Source of the DNA: Clostridia bacterium
GTDB taxonomy: Bacteria; Bacillota; Clostridia; Oscillospirales; CAG-272
Assembly (NCBI GenBank): GCA_017621085.1
Contig: JAGATW010000096.1
Span: 7,283 to 71,282, forward strand
DNA length: 64,000 nt
Direction: 5' to 3'
Both the position numbers and the translations under genes were made by a program. Below, piece after piece: positions 26,186 through 35,422 of the stretch. Every line of letters starts with the position of its first letter. Positions within the stretch are counted from its first letter, which is position 1. Under the pieces are notes generated by a model that was not told the origin of the DNA, did no database searches, and saw nothing but the letters and a program-made list of their open reading frames with translations.

Positions 26186-27664
26186 ATGAGGGCAAAAATC
26201 ACTATTGATAAAAATAATATAATAGATAAAATAGACAGGCGTATTTATGGCTCATTTATAGAGCATCTTGGACGAGCTGTATATGAGGGAATATATGACC
26301 CCGAGCACAAGGACGCTGATGAAATGGGCTTTAGAAAAGATGTTATTGACCTTGTAAAAGCTCTTAATGTACCAATTGTACGTTATCCTGGTGGCAACTT
26401 TGTTTCCGGCTATAACTGGGAGGACGGTATAGGAGATAAAAGCAAACGCCCACGCAAATTAGACCTGGCTTGGCTCTCTTTAGAAACAAATCAAGTAGGA
26501 ATTGACGAATTTCAGGAGTGGGCAAGTCGTGTTGGCTCAGAAATAATGATGGCAGTAAACTTAGGCACAAGAGGTCCGGATGAGGCAAGAAGCCTAATAG
26601 AATACTGTAATGGAAAAACAGATACATATTATGCTAATTTGCGTCGCCAAAACGGCTTTGAAAAGCCCTTTGATATTAAGCTATGGTGCTTAGGCAACGA
26701 AATGGACGGAGATTGGCAAATATGCCACAAAACAGCTGAGGAATATGGCAGAGTAGCCACAGAAACCGCTAAGGTTTTAAAATGGGTTGACTCATCTATT
26801 GAATTAGTAGCCTGTGGCAGCTCCGACCCTAATATGCCAACCTTTGGTGAGTGGGAAAGAGTAGTGCTTAATCATACCTATGACTATGTTGACTATTTAT
26901 CAATGCATTGCTATTATGGCAATAAAGCACAAAACACAGCCGATTTTCTTGCAAGAGCCGAGGATATGGACAGATTTATTAAAACGACTGCCAAAATCTG
27001 CGACGAAATAAAGGAAAAGAAAAACAGTAATAAAACAATTAATCTATCCTTTGATGAATGGAATGTTTGGTACAGAACCAAGGATGAGGAAAAAACTATT
27101 GAAAAATGGCAAATTGCCCCTGCCTTGCTTGAGGAAAAGTATAACTTTGAGGACGCACTTTTAGTTGGCTGTATGCTTATTACCCTACAAAATAACTGTG
27201 ACCGTGTAAAAATTGCTTGTCTTGCTCAGCTTATAAACGTAATTGCACCAATAATGACAGAAAAGAATGGTGGAGCTTGGAAGCAAACTATTTTCTACCC
27301 GTATATGCTCTCATCCCTGTACGGTAATGGAGCAACATTAAATACAGAGGTTGAGGTTGGCTCCTATAAATCAAAGGAGGGCTGGGACATTCCATACCTT
27401 TATACCTCTACAATTTATAACGAGGAAAAGGACGAAATAGTTGTTTTTGCAGTTAACAGAAATCTAAATGAGGACATAAGCCTTGAAATAAATGGCTTTG
27501 ATGGCTATAAATTAGACAAGCACCTTGAATTATATTCAGATAATTTAAATGAAACAAACGACAAGGACAATGAAAGAGTAAAGCTAACAAATCGTACAAT
27601 TGATGATAAATCACCAATTAACCTAAAAAAGCACTCTTGGAATATGCTTACATTCAAAAGATAA
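26186..27664 (+). CDS. abfA: Alpha-L-arabinofuranosidase, GH51
   Basis: RRIYGSFIEHLGRAVYEGIY, VRYPGGNFVSGYNWEDGIG and WCLGNEMDG motifs. About 490 aa, as expected for intracellular GH51 enzymes. Confidence 0.9.
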   Translation: MRAKITIDKNNIIDKIDRRIYGSFIEHLGRAVYEGIYDPEHKDADEMGFRKDVIDLVKALNVPIVRYPGGNFVSGYNWEDGIGDKSKRPRKLDLAWLSLETNQVGIDEFQEWASRVGSEIMMAVNLGTRGPDEARSLIEYCNGKTDTYYANLRRQNGFEKPFDIKLWCLGNEMDGDWQICHKTAEEYGRVATETAKVLKWVDSSIELVACGSSDPNMPTFGEWERVVLNHTYDYVDYLSMHCYYGNKAQNTADFLARAEDMDRFIKTTAKICDEIKEKKNSNKTINLSFDEWNVWYRTKDEEKTIEKWQIAPALLEEKYNFEDALLVGCMLITLQNNCDRVKIACLAQLINVIAPIMTEKNGGAWKQTIFYPYMLSSLYGNGATLNTEVEVGSYKSKEGWDIPYLYTSTIYNEEKDEIVVFAVNRNLNEDISLEINGFDGYKLDKHLELYSDNLNETNDKDNERVKLTNRTIDDKSPINLKKHSWNMLTFKR

Positions 27665-27724
27665 TACCTTGTTTAAAATCAAAAAATTGGAGGCTGTCAG
27701 CCTCCCATTCTCCTTATTAAAAAA

Positions 27725-27753
27725 GCCTTCTCCTGTGAGAGAAGGCTTTTTTA
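27725..27753. terminator. Bidirectional terminator hairpin (GCCTTCTC-N6-GAGAAGGC)
   Basis: 8-bp stem flanked by an A-run (27719-27724) and a T-run (27747-27752). It sits between convergent genes. It has the same hairpin core as the arms of the palindromic elements at 40621 and 56782. Confidence 0.75.
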
Positions 27754-27754
27754 T

Positions 27755-27952
27755 CTATTTGCGACTTTTAAAAAATGCACCGATTGCTGTTATAACGGCA
27801 ATAGCAATAATTATAGCACATGGTATTGCAACCGAATGACCGTTAATTCTTACATTTAACCAAAGGCAAGACATAGCAAGGGAGCAAATTATACAAAAAA
27901 TTGTGTAAAGCAAATTCCTTATAGGATGCTTAGGATGATTGTTTTCTTTCAT
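27755..27952 (-). CDS. Small membrane protein (65 aa, two predicted TM helices)
   Basis: AAGGGGG RBS 6 nt upstream. Two hydrophobic stretches. Follows the DUF1294 gene on the same strand. Confidence 0.55.
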   Translation of the reverse strand: MKENNHPKHPIRNLLYTIFCIICSLAMSCLWLNVRINGHSVAIPCAIIIAIAVITAIGAFFKSRK

Positions 27953-27963
27953 ATTAGTCCCCC

Positions 27964-28242
27964 TTATATAAACAGTAAAATAGCAGTTGCCACTTGAATA
28001 ATAAGTGCGCAGTAAATTACGACCTTAAAGCTTAGCTTTCTTGTTTTATGCCTTGTTAAAAGCGTTGCAATAACAGCACCAACAGCACCGCCTAAAGAGG
28101 TAAGAACCAATAGCACATATTCAGGAATTCGTACACGTCTTGCCTTCTTTTTACCATTTCTTGCGGTTGCACAGTCACAAAGAAACACCACAAGTGTAAT
28201 AATAGACATAACAAGCAGGGTGATAAGATATCTTATTAGCAT
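27964..28242 (-). CDS. DUF1294-family membrane protein
   Basis: RIPEYVLLVLTSLGGAVGAVIATLLTRHKTRK matches the DUF1294 signature as I remember it. Confidence 0.7.
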   Translation of the reverse strand: MLIRYLITLLVMSIITLVVFLCDCATARNGKKKARRVRIPEYVLLVLTSLGGAVGAVIATLLTRHKTRKLSFKVVIYCALIIQVATAILLFI

Positions 28243-28413
28243 AAAAATTTTCCCTTCTGTTTTTCTTTACTTGTATTACAAAATTTTCTCAAATTAAAGA
28301 TGTAAATGCAAGTGATTTTTATTAATTATACAACGAAAAGCTTAATATGTCAACTATGCCACACCGCTTCGGACAAAGTAAAGATGTAAAATTCGACAAA
28401 TACCCCTTGTTTA

Positions 28414-28442
28414 TTGACATAATTAACTGTATATGTTATAAT
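28414..28442 (+). promoter_or_regulatory. Consensus sigma-A promoter of the glycopolymer locus
   Basis: TTGACA (28414-28419), 17 nt, TATAAT (28437-28442). Confidence 0.7.
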
Positions 28443-28555
28443 TAAAATGATATATTTATATATTTATGCACCCATAAGACGGAAACACTAATTATAACAA
28501 ACAAATTTAATAAGGAAATAAGAGTTATGCTGTTTGGCATAATTTAAAATGTATA

Positions 28556-29482
28556 ATGGAGCAAAAGGAATTATCACAGAATTTTTTTGAAGCTGAATAT
28601 AGATGTGGGTATTACGTAACCGAAAAAATGAAAATGGTTTGGTCACACGAGCTTGAGCTTTTAAAGGAATTTGATAGGGTATGCACAAAAAATAACATAA
28701 CCTACTTTTTAGACGGTGGCACACTTTTAGGTGCTGTGCGTCATAATGGCTTTATACCTTGGGACGATGATGTGGATGTAATTATGCCACGCAAGGACTA
28801 TGACAGGCTATGGGAAATTGCAAGAAACGAGTTTAGTGAGCCATATTTTTTCCAAACATCACTAAGTGAAAGGAATTTTTTCAGAACCCACGCACAGCTA
28901 AGAAAAAGTGACACAACAGGCTTTATTGACCTTGATAGACACAAGGACATAAACAAGGGGATTTTCCTTGACATTTTCGTTTTAGATGGCGTACCGGCTA
29001 AAGAAAGTCAAAAAAAGAGGCTAAAAAGAAAAATAGCATTTCAAAAAAAGCTTTTAGCCTACAAGTATGACGTTGACTTTTCAAGTGTTGGCTTTAAAAG
29101 GAAAATCTTATATCTTTTGTCCCGTGTATTTTATGCCTTTGTTCCTTTTGAAAAATACTTTAATAAATTTAACAAAAAAACCTTGGCAAAATACTCCTGT
29201 AAGGACACAAAAATAGTAGGAGATTTAACTCTTGAATGGCGTGAAAACGTTCAATGGAATAAGTCTTGGTACAGCGACACAGTTAGACTAAGCTTTGAAA
29301 ACTTGTCCTTGTGCGCCCCCATAGGCTATGATAAAATTTTAACTAAGCAATATGGGAATTATATGAGAATTCCCGATGATATAAGCGCAAAAAACGGTAG
29401 GTCACACGACGGTGTAACCTTTGACCCAAATACACCATATAAGGAATATTTTAAAAACGCAGAAAAGGGAGAAGAATTATGA
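28556..29482 (+). CDS. LicD-family phosphotransferase (phosphocholine / ribitol-phosphate transferase family)
   Basis: LDGGTLLGAVRHNGFIPWDDDVDVIMPRKDY is the LicD core motif. No convincing RBS at 28556, so the exact start is uncertain. Confidence 0.8.
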   Translation: MEQKELSQNFFEAEYRCGYYVTEKMKMVWSHELELLKEFDRVCTKNNITYFLDGGTLLGAVRHNGFIPWDDDVDVIMPRKDYDRLWEIARNEFSEPYFFQTSLSERNFFRTHAQLRKSDTTGFIDLDRHKDINKGIFLDIFVLDGVPAKESQKKRLKRKIAFQKKLLAYKYDVDFSSVGFKRKILYLLSRVFYAFVPFEKYFNKFNKKTLAKYSCKDTKIVGDLTLEWRENVQWNKSWYSDTVRLSFENLSLCAPIGYDKILTKQYGNYMRIPDDISAKNGRSHDGVTFDPNTPYKEYFKNAEKGEEL

Positions 29483-30195
29483 ATATTGCAGTTGTAATAG
29501 CAGGCGGTAGTGGAAAGAGAATGGGACACGATATCCCTAAGCAATTTATAAATGTATTTGATAAGCCAATACTTATGTACACTCTTGAAAGCTTTGAAAA
29601 GCATCCGATGATTGATGCTATTGAGCTTGTATGTATTGATGGCTGGCACGACGTTGTACGTGCATACGCAAAGCAATATGGCATAACAAAGCTAAAATGG
29701 ATTGTGTCAGGTGGCGAAACAGGACAGGAGTCTATTCGTAATGGCGTATATAATCTTGAAAGCATTTGCAAGGAGGACGACGTTGTAATTATACACGACG
29801 GTATTCGTCCACTTGTTGACGAGGCTGTTTTAACAGACGTAATTCTAACCTGTGAAAAATACGGAAACGGAGTTACATCCTTGCCATATAACGAGCAAAT
29901 TTTCGTAGTAGATGATGAAATTTCCACAACAAAATACATCCCGCGTGAAACTCTTCGCAGAGTATCAACTCCACAGGCATATAAATTTGGCAAGCTAAAC
30001 TGGGCATACCACGAGGCTTTTGCAAAGGAAATAGGAATTTATGGCTCATCATATACAAACACTATGATGGTAGAGCTTGGCGAAAGACTATACTTTGCCG
30101 CAGGCTCAGATAAAAATATTAAGCTAACAAACAAGGACGACCTTGAAATGTTCAAGGCGTACCTTCTTTCCGAAAAGCAAAATAGACTTAATTAG
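29479..30195 (+). CDS. tarI: IspD/TarI-family cytidylyltransferase (probable D-ribitol-5-phosphate cytidylyltransferase)
   Basis: N-terminal VIAGGSGKRMG...PKQF motif. About 238 aa. ATGA start/stop overlap with the LicD gene. The ribitol assignment is inferred from context. Confidence 0.75.
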   Translation: MNIAVVIAGGSGKRMGHDIPKQFINVFDKPILMYTLESFEKHPMIDAIELVCIDGWHDVVRAYAKQYGITKLKWIVSGGETGQESIRNGVYNLESICKEDDVVIIHDGIRPLVDEAVLTDVILTCEKYGNGVTSLPYNEQIFVVDDEISTTKYIPRETLRRVSTPQAYKFGKLNWAYHEAFAKEIGIYGSSYTNTMMVELGERLYFAAGSDKNIKLTNKDDLEMFKAYLLSEKQNRLN

Positions 30196-30204
30196 GAGTA
30201 AAAG

Positions 30205-31257
30205 ATGATTAGTAATCCCTTATATCTTGAGGACATAGAATATACAGCCACTCGTAAATTAAATTGGGACAAGCTCAAAAACTCAACGGTTATGATAAGT
30301 GGCGCAGGTGGACTTATAGGCAGCTTGATAATTGATGTTATTATGTACAAAAATGAAAATGAAGGCTTAAATTGCAAAGTTATAGCATTAGGCAGAAGCA
30401 AGGAGCGTGCAAAGGAAAAGTTTTCATCCTATTTTGACAAAAGCACCTTTAAATTTATTGAGCAGGACATAAATTTGCCTCTTGATAAGGAAAAAACACC
30501 AAGGGCAGATTATGTTATTCATTTAGCAAGCAATACCCACCCATTACAGTATTCAACCGACCCAATCGGAACAATAACAACAAATATTATTGGCACAACA
30601 AATTTACTTGAATTTGCAAGCTATTGCTCCTCAAAAAGAGTATTGTTTGCATCCTCAAATGAAATATATGGTGAAAACCGAGGGGATATCGACCTTTTTG
30701 ACGAGAGCTACTGTGGTTACATTAACTCAAACACCTTGCGCGCAGGCTATCCCGAAAGCAAAAGATGTGGTGAGGCAATGTGCCAAGCATATATAAAGCA
30801 AAAGGGACTTGATGTTGTAATTGCAAGGCTTACAAGGTCCTATGGCCCTACTATGCTTATGTCGGACTCTAAGGCAATATCACAGTTTATTAAAAAGGGT
30901 ATTAATGGTGAGGACATTGTTTTAAAGAGTGAGGGAAATCAGTATTATTCCTATACCTACGTGTCAGATGCAGTATGCGGACTTTTAACTGTGCTATTAA
31001 ATGGTGAGTGTGGCGAGGCATATAATATTGCTGACCAGAAATCCGATATCAGATTAAAGGATTTAGCAAAAATCATTTCTGAATATTCAGGCACCAAGGT
31101 GGTTTTTGAGCTTCCGGACGAAACGGAGAGGGCAGGGTACAGTACAGCAACAATTGCCCGTCTTGACGGAAGCAAAATTAAAAAAATAGGCTGGGTGGCA
31201 AAATACGATATAAAAACAGGACTTGAAAGAACGCTTTCAATCTTAAAAAACAACTAA
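30205..31257 (+). CDS. NAD-dependent epimerase/dehydratase-family (extended SDR) enzyme
   Basis: Rossmann motif GAGGLIGS and catalytic YPESK. Confidence 0.8.
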   Translation: MISNPLYLEDIEYTATRKLNWDKLKNSTVMISGAGGLIGSLIIDVIMYKNENEGLNCKVIALGRSKERAKEKFSSYFDKSTFKFIEQDINLPLDKEKTPRADYVIHLASNTHPLQYSTDPIGTITTNIIGTTNLLEFASYCSSKRVLFASSNEIYGENRGDIDLFDESYCGYINSNTLRAGYPESKRCGEAMCQAYIKQKGLDVVIARLTRSYGPTMLMSDSKAISQFIKKGINGEDIVLKSEGNQYYSYTYVSDAVCGLLTVLLNGECGEAYNIADQKSDIRLKDLAKIISEYSGTKVVFELPDETERAGYSTATIARLDGSKIKKIGWVAKYDIKTGLERTLSILKNN

Positions 31258-31278
31258 CGTGTAAAAAGGAGCATATCA

Positions 31279-34200
31279 ATGAGAGATAACAAGCTTTGGA
31301 TATTTAATGCCGGTTTAAGCTTTGACGGAAATCCTAAATGGCTCTTTATGTATATTCAAAACAATCGTCCTGATATAGAGGCGCATTGGCTTTGTTATAC
31401 CGAGGAGTCATTGAATTATATAAAAAAGCTTGGCTACAAGGCACACCTATATAACTCTGAGCAGGCAAGAAAAATAGGCTCAAGAGCAGGAGTTTATGTT
31501 GTAAACCAAAGGAAAGAGGTGTTTCAAGACTATTTAGAGGGCATTACAGTTCTTAATTTATGGCATGGCGTTGGCTGTAAATTAATAGAAAAGAATGTAA
31601 AAACAGGAATACTTAACGAGGGTCTTGTTAAGAAAAACATTGTTAATATGACAATGTATAGAAATAACGAGCTTTTCTTAGTTACCTCTCCGCTTATGGA
31701 AAAGCACTTTTCAGACAACTGTCGTCTTGAGGAGCATTCAATATTAAGAGGAGTATATCCAAATTGCTTTTCCCCGGATAAGGTAAAAACCTTTGACCAC
31801 GATATACTAAAGGGCAGAAATTTACCAAAGGACACAAAAATAGCAGTATATGCTCCAACCTATCGCGAAAGCAGTGCAACTAATTTCTTTCCAAGTGCAA
31901 TTTGCGATATGGAGCGACTTGTAAAATGTCTTAAGGAAAATAATTTGGTTTTAATATTCAAGCTTCATCCAAAGATGCAGAATGATTTTCAGTATCTTAA
32001 TTTAAAGGAGCTTTACAAAAATTGTCCCTACCTTGTATTTTGGGACAATAAGGATGATATGTATGAAATCCTTGATAAGATTGACTTAGCAATTATCGAC
32101 TATTCCTCAATATTTTACGATATGCTTGCAAGAGGCGTTAAGCATTTTATAAGGTATATATTTGATATTGACAACAAGGAAAATGTACGCGATTTTGCTC
32201 TTGATTATATGGAGCATACCTGTGGACCTGTATGTAAGAGCTTTGATGAGCTGCTTGGTGCATTGTCAAATTATGAAACAGTTGATTTAAGCTGTGAGCT
32301 TGAAAGAATAAGCGATTTGTTCTGGGGCTATGCCAAGGAAAATAGCTCTATGGACCACATAATAAATTCAGCTATGGAATTTAAGCCTCTTGAAAGAGAA
32401 TTGCCAAAACTATACAGCTTTGACATTTTTGATACATTAATCAGTCGCAGTGTATTAACGCCAAATGGTGTATTTTACTACGTTAGCCACAAAATGAAGC
32501 AAAGTGACGTAAAATTCCCAAGCTACGTAATAGACAATTACTTTAAAATAAGACCTTGGGCTGAAAGCAATGCTCGTGAGTATTATAGTAAGTCCCAAAT
32601 TTATAGAAGCTCTGACTGGCGCGAAATATCATTTGATATGATATTTGACCGTATAAAGACAGTTTACGACTTAACAGATGAGCAAATAGGTCTTTTAAAG
32701 GAATGGGAGCTTGAAGGGGAATATAAAAGCTCAATTCCTATGAGGGAAAATATTGACTACCTAAAATCTCTATTAGAAAACGGAGAGAGGGTAGCTTTAA
32801 TAAGTGATATGTATTTGCCAAGCGACTTTATAAGAAGGCTTCTTGTAAAGGCTGACCCTGTTTTTGAAAATGTTGATATTTTCGTTTCAAGTGAATGTGG
32901 TCACCAAAAAACAACTAAAAAGCTATTCCTTGACGTATATCACGCACTTGAATATAACTATGGCGAATGGATTCACCACGGTGATAATCCGAAGGCAGAT
33001 GGGGCAATTCCAAAGAGCCTTGGAATTAAAATTGCACCAATTCCTACCTTGAAGGTATTTAAATACGAGCAAATTCTTAATGAATTTATAAAAACCTATG
33101 ACGGCTATCAAATATCAAAGCTGCTTACTGTTTTTAGAAATGACAACAAAAACGTTATTGATAATTTTGCATACAGATACACATCATTCTATTTTGTGCC
33201 ATATATAAACTGGGTTATTAAGCACGCTATAAAGCAGGGAATACAGTGCCTTTATTTTGTTTCCCGTGATGGCTATCATCTAAAACGAATTGCCGATGCA
33301 ATTATTGAAAAAAGACAATACCCAATAAAAACAAAATATATTTATGGCTCAAGAAAGGCTTGGAGAATACCGGCGCTTGTTGACGAAATAGACGATGAAT
33401 TTTGGAGCGAATACGGTAACTTTTCAGGTATTGATAGCTTTTCAAGACTTTTAAAAGCCGCCGCTTTAACCGAGGAGCAATTTAAGGAAATGTTCCCGGA
33501 GCTTATGTATCTTAAGGAGCAATGGACAATTGACCAAAAAACAGCCTCAATGCTGAGAGATACCTTTAAGTCAAGTGAAAAATATAAATCTTATCTTTTA
33601 GAGTATGCCAAGGAAAAGCGAGTAATTATTGAAAAATACTTAACCCAAGAAATCAATTTTGATGAAAAATATGCCTTTGTTGAGTATTGGGGCAGAGGCT
33701 ATACTCAAACAAGTCTTGCCAGAATTATTTGGCACCTAAGAGGTAAGGTAGAGGATAATATTTTCTATTATGCAAGAACAATTTATCCAACTCACGACCA
33801 TATAATACGCCACAACTTTACAGTCAACAATTTCTCACTTATTTTTGTTGAAACTATATTTGCAAATCTTCACTATAAGAGCATTGAGGAATTTGTTGAA
33901 AATGAAAATGGCGTAGTTGAGCCTGTTATTGAGGAAAACGAAAACGACAAGGAGCTCCAAGTCGCTATGGAGGAATACCTGCCAAAATTCGCTACCGACT
34001 ATGTAAGCCTTGACCTTTTAGATGAGGATGGGTGTGATAGAGCTTGCTTTGACTTTGGCTTAAGCTATTTCCATAGACATCCAAACGACCCTATGTGGCT
34101 AAAGTGCTTTACACAGCTAAAAGACTCAGCAACCACCTTTGGTAAAAGAACGGAATGGGCGCCACCTATGACGTGGAAGGACATATTTGCCTCAATGCGT

Positions 34201-34341
34201 GGCAAATATTTTGTAACAAAGAACAAAAAACTTTCCTTACAGCGCTCATCAAAGTCTGTACAATTTGTTTATAAATTTTATTATAAGCACATTAAGGGTA
34301 AAATGCTTGCGAGAATAATAAGAAAAATATTTGGAAAATAA
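31279..34341 (+). CDS. TagF/TarL-like CDP-alditol phosphotransferase fused to a HAD-like domain and a further unassigned region (1,020 aa)
   Basis: Glyphos_transf-type motifs VYAPTYRE and IDYSSIFYDM in the first ~370 aa. HAD motif I FDIFDTLISR follows. The remaining ~400 aa have no motif I recognise. Confidence 0.75.
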   Translation: MRDNKLWIFNAGLSFDGNPKWLFMYIQNNRPDIEAHWLCYTEESLNYIKKLGYKAHLYNSEQARKIGSRAGVYVVNQRKEVFQDYLEGITVLNLWHGVGCKLIEKNVKTGILNEGLVKKNIVNMTMYRNNELFLVTSPLMEKHFSDNCRLEEHSILRGVYPNCFSPDKVKTFDHDILKGRNLPKDTKIAVYAPTYRESSATNFFPSAICDMERLVKCLKENNLVLIFKLHPKMQNDFQYLNLKELYKNCPYLVFWDNKDDMYEILDKIDLAIIDYSSIFYDMLARGVKHFIRYIFDIDNKENVRDFALDYMEHTCGPVCKSFDELLGALSNYETVDLSCELERISDLFWGYAKENSSMDHIINSAMEFKPLERELPKLYSFDIFDTLISRSVLTPNGVFYYVSHKMKQSDVKFPSYVIDNYFKIRPWAESNAREYYSKSQIYRSSDWREISFDMIFDRIKTVYDLTDEQIGLLKEWELEGEYKSSIPMRENIDYLKSLLENGERVALISDMYLPSDFIRRLLVKADPVFENVDIFVSSECGHQKTTKKLFLDVYHALEYNYGEWIHHGDNPKADGAIPKSLGIKIAPIPTLKVFKYEQILNEFIKTYDGYQISKLLTVFRNDNKNVIDNFAYRYTSFYFVPYINWVIKHAIKQGIQCLYFVSRDGYHLKRIADAIIEKRQYPIKTKYIYGSRKAWRIPALVDEIDDEFWSEYGNFSGIDSFSRLLKAAALTEEQFKEMFPELMYLKEQWTIDQKTASMLRDTFKSSEKYKSYLLEYAKEKRVIIEKYLTQEINFDEKYAFVEYWGRGYTQTSLARIIWHLRGKVEDNIFYYARTIYPTHDHIIRHNFTVNNFSLIFVETIFANLHYKSIEEFVENENGVVEPVIEENENDKELQVAMEEYLPKFATDYVSLDLLDEDGCDRACFDFGLSYFHRHPNDPMWLKCFTQLKDSATTFGKRTEWAPPMTWKDIFASMRGKYFVTKNKKLSLQRSSKSVQFVYKFYYKHIKGKMLARIIRKIFGK

Positions 34342-34353
34342 TATTAACTTAAA

Positions 34354-34392
34354 AGCTGCCTGTTCAAGCTAAATTGAACAGGCAGCTTCTAT
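34354..34392 (+). terminator. Terminator hairpin after the TagF-like gene
   Basis: 14-bp perfect stem AGCTGCCTGTTCAA / TTGAACAGGCAGCT with a 6-nt loop. The T tail is weak. Confidence 0.65.
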
Positions 34393-34455
34393 ATACAAAA
34401 GCACACAAAAAATGTAAACTAAATGTTAAACATTTAAACTGAATATTGATATGCG

Positions 34456-34484
34456 TTGACATTATCGACATAAAGTGATATAAT
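34456..34484 (+). promoter_or_regulatory. Consensus sigma-A promoter, followed by a GTAATT-N3-AATTAC palindrome (34491-34505)
   Basis: TTGACA (34456-34461), 17 nt, TATAAT (34479-34484). Confidence 0.7.
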
Positions 34485-34543
34485 TCCTTTGTAATTGTTA
34501 ATTACTTATTAAAAAATTAACAAATTATGAAAGGAGAATTGAT

Positions 34544-35365
34544 ATGCGAGAGTTGTTTTTTAAATTATTCTCAAAATCTCACTTTAATACAGGTATTACA
34601 ATAACACCCTTGTCTATTCCACACATTGTATATATTTTACTAATCGGTGGCATTATTACAGGTCTTTATTTTTATTTAAGAAAAAAGGACATTTACTCAA
34701 GGAAAAAAGCAATGCGTGTCCTTGTAAATGTTTTGGTGCTTTCCTATCTTTCTGACTTTTTTATACACGAATTTGTTTACGCAACCTATGATGATTTAGG
34801 CAATTTAATAAGTGGTGGTGGACTTGAATTAGATAAGCTGCCATTCCATTTATGTACAGCACTTTGTCCTGTTGTTGCATTTACACAGTATAGTAAAAAG
34901 GGCAAGAAAATTCTTGAGCCTGTAACTGTTTTAGCAATACTTGCTCCCCTTATGTATCTTGCATACCCTGCAAGCATTGGCAGTGGTGAGCCTTGGTGCT
35001 ATCAGGCAGTACAAACAATGTTCTTCCACGGCACTCTTCTTGCCTGGGGCATGCTTAATGCTATGCTTGGAATTACAGAGCTTAAAATTAAAAATTGTTG
35101 GAAATGCGCAATTGCATTAGTTGGAATAACCCTGTGGGCAAAATTCGGAAACATTTTGTATGGTCACAACTGGTTTTTCTTAGAGGAGGACGCATTCTAC
35201 ATAGGCTTAGTGGAAAACTACGGTATGCCAAGTTGGATTTTAATGATTATAAACCCAATAGTATTTTTCTTAGCAGTTTTGGCTGTATATGGCGTTTACT
35301 ATTTAGTAAATCATATAAGAAAAAAATTAATTAAGGCAGAGGAAAAGGAAGTTGCCTTAGTATAG
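34544..35365 (+). CDS. Polytopic membrane protein, YwaF / TIGR02206-like
   Basis: Multiple TM helices and the LPFHLCT motif that I associate with this family. AAAGGAG RBS. Confidence 0.6.
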   Translation: MRELFFKLFSKSHFNTGITITPLSIPHIVYILLIGGIITGLYFYLRKKDIYSRKKAMRVLVNVLVLSYLSDFFIHEFVYATYDDLGNLISGGGLELDKLPFHLCTALCPVVAFTQYSKKGKKILEPVTVLAILAPLMYLAYPASIGSGEPWCYQAVQTMFFHGTLLAWGMLNAMLGITELKIKNCWKCAIALVGITLWAKFGNILYGHNWFFLEEDAFYIGLVENYGMPSWILMIINPIVFFLAVLAVYGVYYLVNHIRKKLIKAEEKEVALV

Positions 35366-35376
35366 CAAAACAAAAA

Positions 35377-35422
35377 GAGCATATATGCAAGAATTAAATC
35401 TTGTATGTATGCTCATTTTTTA
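35377..35422. terminator. Bidirectional terminator between convergent genes
   Basis: GAGCATATATGCAAGA / TCTTGTATGTATGCTC imperfect stem, followed by ATTTTTT and preceded by an A-run. Confidence 0.7.

Noticed and set aside
28449-28555. The ~100-nt leader of the LicD operon as a riboswitch
   Set aside because: Only one short AT-rich hairpin (TTATGC...GCATAA) is present. There is no terminator/antiterminator pair and no conserved riboswitch core that I recognise.
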